This document shows positions 36,674 through 48,514 of a stretch of DNA of 64,000 nt, one piece after another (position 1 is the stretch's first letter; each line of letters opens with the position of its first letter). Position numbers and translations under genes: made by a program. The notes under the pieces were generated by a model. The model ran no database searches, was not told where the DNA came from, and worked only from the letters and a program-made list of their open reading frames with translations. The DNA comes from Picochlorum sp. SENEW3. Taxonomy: Eukaryota. The DNA lies in contig CP120457.1 in assembly GCA_034226945.1 (NCBI GenBank), forward strand, positions 806,001 through 870,000. The letters are read 5' to 3'.

Positions 36674-37721
36674 TTATTCAGAATTAGAATCAGTTTTGAC
36701 TGGCAATATCTGCTTGGATAAATGCAGACGTGCTGCAGCCATCTTGATGTGAGAGTACCACACAATACCACCCATTGCTAAGAGAATCCCCATGAATTTC
36801 TTTCCTGACATCGTATCCCCGAAAAACAAAACACCTCCAGTCAGAATTATTACCGTCTTAACATGGCCTACTACATTATACGTCAAACTACTCGTGGCCC
36901 CAATAACCAAAAAGGTGGATAGATTCACCAAGAGCCCCAGCACTGCACTAATAAGAATCGCCGCAACAGAACCAAGTGTGTACTCGTATCCTATAATGTC
37001 TCCTAGAGGCTCGAGTAACAGCACGACAGCTCCCAATTGGGCCGCTGCAAGAGGAATATACTGGTGCAGGAGCTGCATGCTGCCCAATCCCAACTCACTC
37101 TGGATCGAACCAGCCCATATCTGATACAGAGCTGTCGCCAACACACTTCCCAATCCAACAAAAAGACCGTACATATTTGATGATATCTCTGGATCAGATA
37201 TCGTCGCAAGGCCCACCCCAAGGCACACGACAGCAATGGATGCAATGATCTCAGGACTGGAATGCTTACCGTAAAACATAGAATTTATCACCAACACTGC
37301 GGGAGCGACAGCAATCTTGGATATCTGATAGAATCCCACCGGATTTATATTGAGGTTTAGATTGCATAGAACTATGTATCCTACGTATGCAGCGGCAAGA
37401 GAAAGCAATTTCTGTTTTGCTACTTGCTTCTGTTCAAAAACTCCAAACCTTAAGAAGAGCTGCATCCCCAGCATCGTCACAATTGTATGGATGAAGGTCA
37501 ACGCATATGTAAACTTGAAGTTAAATATACTAAAAACTGCAATCACAGTTGGTCAAGCGGCGAGTCCTTCAGTTTTACTCACAGGCGATACTTTGCCAGT
37601 TTTGAATGCGAGGCCGATGTGTGCCAGATGACATACCTGTCTTATTTGCAAACACTATACCGGTGGCTGAAGCAATGTTCATCGCCCCGTAGAGCAAAGG
37701 TGCGAATAAGGGAGACGTCAT
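36674..37721 (-). CDS. Nucleotide-sugar transporter (TPT/UXT-URGT family), 2 exons
   Basis: MNIASATGIVFANK, NLNLNINPVGFYQISKI, SSLTYNVVGHVKTVIILTGG. Confidence 0.9.
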
Positions 37722-37996
37722 GTCAGCACCAGCCTAGTCTACCAATTCCAATTTGCACTTGAACAGCTGCAACAATCGTACGTTTTCTTATAAAATAATG
37801 TAAATAATGGCAGCCTTGCTGCGATCTGGATCATACTTTCGAATCATCTTGAAAATGTCCTTGGTGTAAAATAAGGATGCAGGCCTAGCCTGCGTAGGAT
37901 GAAGCCAGTTTCAAACAGCGCAATCGAAGAAGTAGTATGCGCGTCCACGAGGGCTCCATACGCTATCTCTTTATTATTGATACCGTACTCGTGAGA

Positions 37997-39275
37997 ATGC
38001 AAGCCTGCATCGATATCAAGCCTTGGGTATTAGGACATGTCCAATACCAACCCACGAGGGTTTCCTTCCCAAGGGTTCAGCATGCGACGAGATTGCCTGG
38101 GTCAAGGATCAAAATATCATCTGTCAGTGATCCAGATATCGTGACAGTCGGGGAAGCCCTGTACGGTGCGCAATGCAGATGGCTTCTGCAGGCGTGTGTG
38201 TGTTTGTGCATATGACAAGTCTTTCTGGTGCTGCAGATTGCCTCGCTGATCAGCTGGGAATGCCAAAGGAAGAGGTGAGCTCTTGGACTCCGTATCCAGG
38301 GGGCGCACCTGCAAATGTGGCAACTGCGACTTCCCGTCTTGGTGATAGAACTGCCTTTGTAAGTGCCATTGGGGAAGACTCCTTAGGAGATGCATTCGTA
38401 CAACTTTTGCAAGGTAATATTTGACTGCCATTACTTTTTGCAATATAATATGTTATAATAATAATGTGTCATTGTATTTTATAGAGAGAGGGGTGGATGT
38501 GCGCTACGTCCAGAGAGTGAAGCAGCCCACCAGGGATGTTCTTGTGACGAGGAGTTTGGAAGGAGACAGGGAATTCGCAGGCTTTGGGAAAAATACGGAC
38601 TCGTATGCAGATTGCTTCTTGAATGCTAGCAAGATCCCTTCAGATGTCATCACGAGGTCTTCCGTGGTTGTTACAGGGACACTTGGGCTTGCTTATGACG
38701 GAAGTAGGCAATCTATTGAGAAGATTTCCTCGCTGGCGGGTGCATCTGCTGACTGCACCCTGGTTGTTGATGTAAATTGGCGTCCAGTGTTTTGGAATGA
38801 TACATCAAAAGGACACGAAATGATAGCCGAGTTTGTTCAACGAGCTGACATCATTAAGATCACTGATGAAGAGGCAGAATGGCTCTTGGGAGTTGGCAGT
38901 AAGGAAGCACTTGAGAATCCAGAGCTTGTTTTGTCGTACTTTCCAAAGGCCAAAGGAGTTCTTGTATCAGCTGGCGAAAAAGGCTCTTCGTATGCTTTTC
39001 ATGGAAGTGGGAAGATGCAAATATCTGGTCAGGTTCCTGTCCTGTCAGTTGAAATAGCAGACACAACTGGAGCTGGTGATGCATACCTTGCTGGATTCAT
39101 TCATTTCATGTTGGCCTCTGGAGGAATCGATGGGCTGATAAAAGACCCAAAGCTTGTGCACAAAGCTGTGGAGTTTGCAACTGGTTGTGGTGCGGCCACC
39201 TGTACAAAACCTGGGGCCATTGATGCACAGCCTTCTCTTGATGACGTATACAGCACCCTTCACTGGGACATGTAA
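37997..39275 (+). CDS. PfkB-family fructokinase-like carbohydrate kinase, 3 exons
   Basis: GEALYDC, PGGAPANVA, VDVNWRPVFW, ADIIKITDEE, DTTGAGDAYLAG. Confidence 0.92.
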
Positions 39276-39314
39276 GCATATCGAATACGTCATTGCAATA
39301 TAATCATATGAGAT

Positions 39315-40271
39315 ATGAAAATGGAAATCGAAAACACACCTCCTGATACAGTTGCAGTTCGCAAAGCGTTGCTAAATCATCGTAGAGCGCTTGCAGATTT
39401 ACGCGACTCTAGCAACCTCGAAGATAGCTTCAGGACACCGAAAACGGTTCGCAGTAGATCTGATACAATAAATGAAGGAATTAAAAAAGACAATCACGTG
39501 CTCGCAGCGATACAAGACCTGGTCCTTTACAAGAATCCAGTTGCAACCGTCATGGTGGTTGTTGCGGGGTCGTTTGTCACATCTTTTGGACGTTACATCA
39601 CGAGTGAGTCCACAGGGATATCACTACTCACTATAGTATGCGATATCTTACTGGCGAGGGTGGGATACCATGTTGGAAAGTCTATTTTTTCCACAGAGTC
39701 GACAGAGCAAACCAAGTTGGTTGGAAGCAGAGAGGTTAAAAGATTCACTGAATTGATGGGTAGGTGCATAAATTTTGTGGCCTCATTGCATGATGGGTAT
39801 ATAACAGCCGAAAATCCGTATCGTTCCTTGACTGTGGCTGCTTGCCTATGGGGGATTTCCATTGCCGGCAGATATTTTTCAATCTCCCAATTCATCATGT
39901 TTGCTTTCTTGGGACTATTCACTGTACCATATGCCGTTCACCACAACAGAAGGATCATTTCTCATATAATACAGAGATCGAAAGCATTGATTTACGAGAG
40001 GTGGTCTCGATTTGGACTGACAAAGTTTCAGAGAAATGGCATGATTGTCTTCTTACTCTTCTCTTGCTGGGTTTGTTCGGGTTGGTCAAATAGGATGATA
40101 GGACTTCTAATGGTACTCTTGTGGGTTAGATGTACTCTGAAGCCTCATGAAATGAAAGCTATTCGCGAGCAAGCAGCTCCATTGACAAGATCTGTCAAGA
40201 AGAGTGCCAGACAATGGACCATGGCCTTCCAGGAGGCCTCCGAGTTCGCTTCTAGATCTCGTAGGACATGA
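39315..40271 (+). CDS. Reticulon-domain protein
   Basis: IQDLVLYKNPVAT followed by long hydrophobic hairpins; LWGISIAGRYFS..LGLFTVP. Confidence 0.75.
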   Translation: MKMEIENTPPDTVAVRKALLNHRRALADLRDSSNLEDSFRTPKTVRSRSDTINEGIKKDNHVLAAIQDLVLYKNPVATVMVVVAGSFVTSFGRYITSESTGISLLTIVCDILLARVGYHVGKSIFSTESTEQTKLVGSREVKRFTELMGRCINFVASLHDGYITAENPYRSLTVAACLWGISIAGRYFSISQFIMFAFLGLFTVPYAVHHNRRIISHIIQRSKALIYERWSRFGLTKFQRNGMIVFLLFSCWVCSGWSNRMIGLLMVLLWVRCTLKPHEMKAIREQAAPLTRSVKKSARQWTMAFQEASEFASRSRRT

Positions 40272-40323
40272 GTTAAAACTATTTTACATATTTCTTCATT
40301 AGTTTAAATAAATTTGCGTTGAC

Positions 40324-41158
40324 CTAAAGCATGTAGCGATCAAGGAAACGCCTGTGGAAATCATTTCGAATGGTGTCGTTAATAAACCTTCTTTTCTGGA
40401 CAGGCTCCTTAGACGCTTGGTTTCGGAAAACTACGTCATCATCCCATCTTCTCTTGATTCGAAAATCAGAATGACTTGCAAGCTCCTCCAGAAGTGGATT
40501 TCCAGTAGAAACTTCCTCTCTCAACCTCTTTTCCTCTGCAGCTGCCTCAGCAGCAGCTGCTTTTGCTGCCTCTTCCGCTCGTTCTTGCTTTATTCTCTCG
40601 AGTTCAGCAAGAAGCTCTGCCTCTTCATCGTCATCACTGGTATCACTATCAGATTCTGAAACATCCTCCTCGTCTGCATCTTGTTCCAAAGCGAGGAAAG
40701 GCCTTTCCTCCTGTATCTCGCCAGGGGACTCCAGCAACTTCAAATCGTTCTCTCTCTCAGCTGCAATACAAATAGTAATGTAATTATGCCACGCTCTAGA
40801 CACATGTGTGGACACAAACAAGAAACGAGACGTACACATAAACTCTTCCCTGGACATTTTCGAAAAATGCTTCTGCTCTCTTTCTTCAAGCTCTTTTCTA
40901 GTGTCCTTTTCCAGTAGTTCTTTCAAAGTTCCTTGCCCGGTTTGCCGGTACTTCATTTTCGTGAAGCTGGACGTATCTTTCACCGAGGTCATCTGACTTG
41001 GGGCATAAAATCTCATTCCTCCCTGTTCCTCACCCCCCTGCATTGTCATTCATATCATATCATATTTTGAACCATTCTAAAACAAGAATCAGGGCGATAA
41101 AAATGGAGAAAACTCTCACCTTTGCAGGGGCCCAGGTGGGCCGGTGCGCTGTGGTCAT
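40324..41158 (-). CDS. CWC15: Spliceosome protein CWC15, 3 exons
   Basis: MTTAHRPTWAPAK|GGEEQGG, LLAELERIKQER, GNPLL, KRRWDDDVVFRNQ, FINDTIRNDFHRRFLDRY. Confidence 0.96.
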
Positions 41159-41311
41159 CCTCTCAACACTTCTTTACTCAATGGTGTAAGATATTCCACG
41201 AAGAGAATTACAAATGGTCAACAATGTTAACTTCTTCTTTCTTTCAATAGTTTGCCTGGCAAGGTGCCATTGCCAATGGCTATAATCCAGGCTTGTCATA
41301 TGACCCATCGG

Positions 41312-41751
41312 CAGGGTTTCCATTTTTGGCATATTCGTTGCATATCGACCGGCATATTTTTGCCTCTGATCGGACGAGTTGGCATATTTGATGGCATATT
41401 TTTGGCATATTGATGTTTCCTATCAAATACACGTTTGATGGGATGACGATACATGGGTAGATTGGTTGGATTGAAAGTTGATTAGTTTCCCATCGAAGCA
41501 TGATTGTGATAGGAGGATATGCCACCCTGAAGGGCCTCGCTAAGCTTGCTGAAGCTACAAAACTGGCTTTTGACTGGAGTTCACTCATGAATTCTGGGCA
41601 GAGTGCGGGCATATTTGTTGATCAACTGGCATATTTCCAAGGCATATTTTCTGAAATCGGCATATCGAGCGGCATATTTGCCGAACCAAATATGCCTCGA
41701 AAGCTTGATCTGGCATATTTTTGAAGGAATATGCCAAAAATGGAAACCCTG
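41312..41751. mobile_element. Non-autonomous hAT-superfamily DNA transposon (MITE), 440 bp
   Basis: Perfect 25-bp TIRs CAGGGTTTCCATTTTTGGCATATTC (41312-41336 and 41727-41751); 8-bp TSD CCCATCGG (41304-41311 and 41752-41759); many subterminal GGCATAT motifs. Confidence 0.95.
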
Positions 41752-42478
41752 CCCATCGGCCCGTCCAGTCGAAAGGACATCACCGTCCTTTCTGTACCAA
41801 AATATTTCAACCCAGGTTAAAGCAATGCTGTCCTCTATTGTAGGCGCTGTACGTAGACATTTAGGTCTGTAGTTTTGTGTTGCAGGTGCACATTCAGCTA
41901 GACTTGGGTTCTGCATGGTGAAATGTGGCTGAATAGCACTGCCGAGCATGCAGACAGGTGGGATTTGAATGCATTATGTTTTCCAGAAATCAGAAAGCAT
42001 ATCAGGAGACGGAATGCAACCAAAGTGGCTAGAGTGGGCTGTCTGCGATGATGATAAGGGAACTCATCTATACAAAAGATGCCGTTTGGGCATCTATCCA
42101 ACGGATTACAGCATTTATAGATTCCAAAAAACGAGGGAAGAGGCCAAAGGTCCACATGGCGGTCCGCAAGGCGAGGAGGCTATATGGTCTATATATCTGC
42201 ACATTACCGTTGATACGCTTGGATAAGCTCCCATGTTGACCGTCGTTGCTCTAGGCGTGGCAAATGAAAAAAAGCAAGCTGGACCTATATCTGAGGTGCC
42301 CGGGAGGACATTCTGCGCAGCGTGGCCACCTTCAAAGCTCTCGTGTGAAGGTGAATGCCAAAATTCCGTTGGGAAGTCGTTGAGGCGTTCGTCCATCCAA
42401 TGATCTTGGCTTTGCGCCATTAATTACAGTTGTTATACGAAATATACTATTTAATTTACGAAATAACTTACATGAAGA

Positions 42479-43775
42479 ATGGGAAGGATCAATTCTTCCT
42501 CCCAAAACTCTGACTGCCCGCGTAACTATAGCGGTTGGTTGGAATTCATTCGTTCAGTATATGTCTGTAGAAAATTAGGCCCCACGATCGGTAAATATGC
42601 TTCAAAAGATGTTGTTAATGTAATTGATGCGGCGTTGTTACGCAACAACGATGCGGACTTATTCCGTGGTATGTAAACTTTGCTTTTGCTGGACTTTGTC
42701 AGACGATAATGGCTTACGCGAACAATGTCTGCATTTGTAATTGCAGGTACTGCTTCTTGGTATAATAGCGATGAGGTTTCCTCTGACGCTTTAGACCAGG
42801 TTTTGGATCTGGTTATAGAGGTAAGTTTGAGCAGTTTCACTACTTTCTCGTTATGTGCATTTCCTGACAAGTATGGGGCGACACTTGCAGACAACTGAAG
42901 GGACAAGTAATTTCAAAGAGATGGATACATTTGAATCACCGGTGTACAAAAAGTTGAACAAGTTGCTGTATCCAAGCTCGTTCAGGAAGAACACTTTTAT
43001 GCAATCAGTATGGTATGGGCATCTGGGACGTGCGTCTATCAGCGCTAGAATATGCGAAATAATCTTACTTGATTCTATATCAACAGAGAATTGCTTCTCA
43101 ATTCTGTTGATAGGACTAGAGTGCGGCTGTGAAGAATTAAGTAGATACTGCTACCAGTACTGTTTAGCACACTTTCAGGAGGCTATTGAATACAACGAGG
43201 AAGGGTTGACATCTTTGCCCTTCACGGTACTGATAAGTATCGTCCAAGAAGATAGACTGTGTGTAGAGGACGAGGAGGTTGTTCTCTGTGCAATTTCGTT
43301 ATGGGTGGAACATGCATTGCCAGAAAGGTTGGCATCATTTGTTGATTTATTCGCAAAGGGAATTCGATTTTCGGAGATAGATTATTCTAAATTGGCAAAT
43401 ATAGTTGATTCTTATGATCTTGTTGCTTCAAATCACGCTGCAGTTGAATTGGCAGCACATGAGTTGATTCAGAAAACAATGGGGACTTGTAGAGAGAATG
43501 CCCTAGGCCTAGGCACAATCTGCAGGCCTCGGGTGAATAGTAAACATACTTATTCAGAGAAAAGAAATACATCTATGCTTTCAGAGTTTATTCTGAAAAA
43601 GTCGACACGAATGGATGCTGATGCTGGCAAGGAAAATATGTCACAAGACAAAGTTGAAAATGTTTGGGAGGTACATATGCTTCAATCTCCCACAAAGCCT
43701 TTGGTGAATTCGAACCAAATGACTCATGAAAATTATAGCACAATGGGGACCCCATGTTATATGCAGATGCAATAA
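42479..43775 (+). CDS. BACK-domain (BTB/BACK-like) protein, 3 exons
   Basis: ISTENCFSIL..CEELSRYCYQYCLAHF..LTSLP..DRLCVEDEEVVLCAISLWVEH..R. Confidence 0.75.
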
Positions 43776-43819
43776 AGATCCCACAATTTGGGAGCCACAG
43801 TATTTTCACAATATTCTGA

Positions 43820-45590
43820 TTACATGACTGTTGAAGAGAGCATTCGATCTGTAAAAAGCACTTTAATTTTATGCTGTACATGAAATAGATTTAATCTGGA
43901 TTGCTTAACACGGCGTTGACAAAGCATTGGATAAGCTCTGCCTCTGTGCAAGGTCGGAAGGCATTGTAATCTGGTACGTGTGACCCTCTGATCATACGGC
44001 TCAAAGTCATTTGACATCAAAGCTTTCAGCTTGGGCTGAATATCTGAGACTTTGAAATCATAGGGAATCGAGATGATACCAGAATCCCATACGTCGTACC
44101 GGTCATCTATAGCTAGCGATATGTTACTCAGATCCAAACCACCCCGAATTTGATCTGCCACCTCCAAAAGGCGAGCACATGCTGCCAATACATTGCCCTG
44201 AATAAAACAAATTCACAAAATATTATTCATACAGTGAATGTAGACCATAGTGATCGCAATATGCGCTACTTTACCTGCTCATACGAGGAGCATATCCGAA
44301 TCAGCCTTTTAGCTCCCAAGGCTTCACATGCAAGTTGAAGAGACTCTTCCTCCAGCGAATCATCACTATCGACGTTAGTAGAAGTAATATGTGCATTGAT
44401 AGCCTCGTCAGAATTGATAAAAGTCATCAACACATCTGGAGGGCAATCCGTTCTTACTGTCAATATTTTGCTAGCAGGGATATGATCCAAAGGGGACCCG
44501 ACATAGTCGTCCTTGGGAGACTGCACAACGATGCTGAATGAATATGTATACGAAGAATTGATACCACACGATCGAAAGTACTGCAATGTTTCCCCAGCCC
44601 AAATGACAAAATCTTGTAGCTCTCCAGGAGACAGGGAATTGTACCAAATATTTGCTACTCCCAGCACACATTTCAACTCATCCGCCAGTTCCCTACTCCT
44701 TCTACACCAATACTTTTCCACTCGGGAGAAAATCTTTGCCCTGTCGAAATCTAAACGGTCCAAAGCCCGGCGGAGTTGCTCAACCCCTGCTACCAGATGC
44801 ACCATGCCATTCTCACCTACATGGCTTTCCATCAATACATTCCGCATTCGAAATGTTCCATCAGCATCCTGTATTCCAGATTTTACGGCTGGTACCGTAT
44901 CTGGATGGTATAGCCTCACAGAAAGTCCATGTAACGGAGAATCGCCCTCCCATACCCTCTCTGAGAGCACTGCTGAGAAGTTTTCAAGGCACTCCCGATG
45001 GCGGTGCTGAAGATTGCTCGTCACATAGCTTTCTCCCCCCAGATCTATAGAATCAATCCCATATAGCTCTTCAAGATTGTCGCGCATGTCATTGTTCCCT
45101 TTCTTCATCTCATCATACTGCCTAGATGCCATTGCAGCTTCAGTCAATACCTCCTGCAACCAGTCGATCAGACTCACCCCATCGTCCCTCCCCGTCGACT
45201 TCTGCTTCAATTCTACCCATTCTGCTTGTTCTGGAGTGATCAACCCAAAAGAAAGAAACAACGGAGCCAACGAACCCTTCGACTCCAACGTCGCGACAAT
45301 TCTAGAGAAGGTTCCTTCCTCCCGTTTTACGAAAAATTCCAATTCAGTCGTCTCGTTACTACTCTCAAAGCCATTTGAAAGGCTTTCAATATATACATTG
45401 AGTCTCTGTAGCCAATAAGAATCGCGAAAATAACACTCGAATTTCAATTCTGGTAACCTCACTAAAAAAATACTCGTACCTTGAGAGACTCTGAATTTCG
45501 AGCTCGTTCGAAAGGATACGTCGCAAATAAATCTGGATGAATTTGCCTTACGACATTCTTAAACAGGGACTTAATATCGACGTCTTCCAT
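43820..45590 (-). CDS. TCAIM-like protein (DUF4460 N-terminus / DUF4461), 3+ exons; an upstream exon is possible
   Basis: FKNVVRQIHPDLFATYPFERARNSESLK|RLNVYI..LEFFV; C-terminal GIISIPYDF. Confidence 0.75.
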
Positions 45591-46053
45591 GGTACCGTTC
45601 CTACAGACAGAATGACAACCTGTATCGTTTCTCTGGTTCAAAGGTCCTCACACGGATTCATAAATCATATTTCTGAAAAACTTTAGATGTAATTACGCAA
45701 ATATCGCCTGGCGAGGTAGGCCAGCTGGCCTTTTCTATGCAACCCGGATTGGGATCCTTACACACTTGCAATTGTGGCTTGCAAGCTTTTAAAATCACCC
45801 TATCCAGGCTTCTGGAGCACCAGAAGATAGGAATGTAAGAAGAGCACTGGTATCAAAATGTAGCATTCATGCCAGCGCCTGTGTGTCTTCAAGGTGTTGT
45901 AGATGATGCATTTTGCAAAGAAAGAACCAATGGTTGGAACCTAGATTGGCAGTTAAAGATGCATCCCACGCCTGCAGCCATATATATGTCATAGGTTCAA
46001 TCGAACATTACATTATACTTTTGAATAGAATAATAAAAGATAGAAACTGCATC

Positions 46054-48429
46054 ATGGTTCGCCACCTTGCCAGCGGAACTGCCAGAGCAGATTCTCAGAG
46101 CAGTAGGATCTGCGTTGCTGTTCGCTTTCGGCCCTTAAGGTACGTGTGTGGTCAGTAATTTAGTGCAAAGAAAATATTTAATGGGGTTGCATGTTGTATC
46201 GGCAGTGAGAAGGAGAAGGCCCGAGGTGACACAGAGGTATGGCGTTGCGAGGGAAACTCAGTCGGGGTGAACGACGCGGTTGGCATGGACGTCAAGTTTG
46301 CGTACGACCATGTCTTCGCTGCTGGATTCGATAACCAAGGTGTGTATGAGACGGTAGGGAGTAGTATCGTGAAAAGTGCTCTGGATGGCATCAATGGGAC
46401 AATCTTTGCATATGGTGTCACCTCATCTGGGAAAACCCATACAATGATGGGGGATGACCAAACTCCTGGGATTGTTCCGCATGCGATCTCAGAATTGTTC
46501 CATGTGATTGAGAAGAATGGAAAAACAAAGGTCTTTGTCATCAAATTATCCATGATTGAGATATATAATGAAGTTGTGAATGATTTGCTGGATCCAACAA
46601 ACACAAATTTGCGTCTGCGGGAGGATAATAAGAAAGGAGTGTACGTGGAAGGGTTGAAAGAAGAGCGGCTCTCTTGCATAGATGATGCTCTGCATACGGT
46701 GGCCATCGGAAATGAGCATAGGAAGATAGGGGCCACTGCTTTCAATGAAGGATCCTCTAGATCTCACACTGTTATTAGGATTTCCATAGAGGCTAGTGAC
46801 CGACCAGAATTTGCGCAGGATCCAAACTCTCATATTGGAAGGACTTTGTCGTTTCTCACAATGGTAGATCTTGCAGGAAGCGAGAGCGCAAAAGCAGAGG
46901 TTAATAAGAATCAAAGGGTGGAGGGATCGTATATCAATAAATCCCTGCTGACACTTGGAACTGTGATTCACAAGCTTAGCGATGGAGGGGCAGCTCATAT
47001 TCCTTTCCGTGATTCCAAATTGACTAGAATTTTATCGAATTCTCTCTCTGGAAATGGTGCTCGCATTGGAGTGGTCTGCACCATCACCCCTGCATCCACG
47101 CAGGCAGAGGAAACACACAACACGCTCAAATTTGCAAGTAGGGCAAAGACAATCACGATAGAAGCCAAACGCAATGAAATACTTGATTCAGGGGCTTTAG
47201 TTGCGAAATACCAACAGGAGAATGCTCTTCTTCGAAGGCAGTTGGAAATTGCCCTGAAAGAGGGTGGAAGAGTTGCAGAGCGGCCAGCATCTCATCCTGA
47301 AATTCTCTCACTGCGTGAGAAGATCGAAGAAGAACATGCGGCAGTGGTCGAGGGCGAACAAGAGCGATTAAGGCTTGTTGAAAGAGTTGAAGAACTTACA
47401 GAATCTTTGCTAGACACGCATCAATGTATAGATATATTGCATGAAAGACTTCATTCTGAAGGTCACATTGGCAGTGATCGCAGTTCAGAGGAAGCTGGGA
47501 AATTGAGGGGAGTTTTGCAGACACTATCCAATGAAATACGTAGACTGAAAGAAGGCAAGGGTGGATATGACAAAGAGGAATTGGAAGACAACGAAGTGAC
47601 TATGCAAGCATTCTATGCGGAGAGAGAGTTTTTGAATGAAAAGCTTGAGCAACTGGATGAATGGAATCTAGTGCTCGCGACAACTTTGGAAAAAATGAAA
47701 GTGCTGGTACGTTGATTTAAATATATATCTATGATACTTGCTTCTCGCATTGACCATAGTTGTCCCTTTCGGTTGTTGCAGATTGCATCATCTAGAAACA
47801 TCGATCCAGACTCTATTGACATGGAAGCAATTCTCTCGGGAGACTTTTCCTCGCTTGGGGACGCGACAAACGAGCTTCTCGAAAACCATAATGGCGATCC
47901 AACACATTTAAGAAGAAGATCGGGCGATCCAAACCTCATTGAAAAGGTCATGAAACTAGAAGAAAAAGTGCTGCTAGCCATTGGTGCCCTGCAGAGGAAG
48001 GGTGAGAAACTGGCCCGACAATCTGAAGTGCAGAAAACACTCACAGGACTTAATGACGAAGTCCACACACATATATCAGATCTAACAGTGGAGAATCAGA
48101 ATCTGAAGAAAGAGTTAGAACGCGTAGAGGCCCAGAACGAGCAACTTCAAGGGTACAAAGTTGATCATTTGTCAGAGCAAGAATTGCTGGCTTTGATTGG
48201 CAGCCTCACGTCAGCGGTTGAAAGAGTTCGCCTTACAGTCCAAACAAAGAATATTGCGATGAAAACACGAGAGCATCCTTCCCGGATGCTAGAATTCTCC
48301 AGTTCGCAGGAAAGAACCTTTGGCAGTGGGATGAGTATGGAAGATATGAGCAAAGTCATTGCAGATTTGAAAGAGCACTGCGAACTCACATCTCGTAGAA
48401 TGAGAAAATCCCCAACAGAATCAATCTAA
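46054..48429 (+). CDS. Kinesin motor, kinesin-7 (CENP-E-like), 3 exons
   Basis: ICVAVRFRPL, NGTIFAYGVTSSGKTHTM, SSRSH, VDLAGSE, HIPFRDSKLTRIL, ETHNTLKFASRAK; coiled-coil tail. Confidence 0.93.
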
Positions 48430-48514
48430 ACTTTATTATTATAGTTTTTTGTTGTTTCAATCAATTAGAACAAGGCAGAGTATCACTCTTCACAGACCCC
48501 TTTGAACAGTCAAA

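Noticed and set aside
41280..41872. ORFs overlapping the MITE as a transposase
   Set aside because: Short, built from the repeated GGCATAT motif, and lacking BED, DDE or hAT dimerisation motifs
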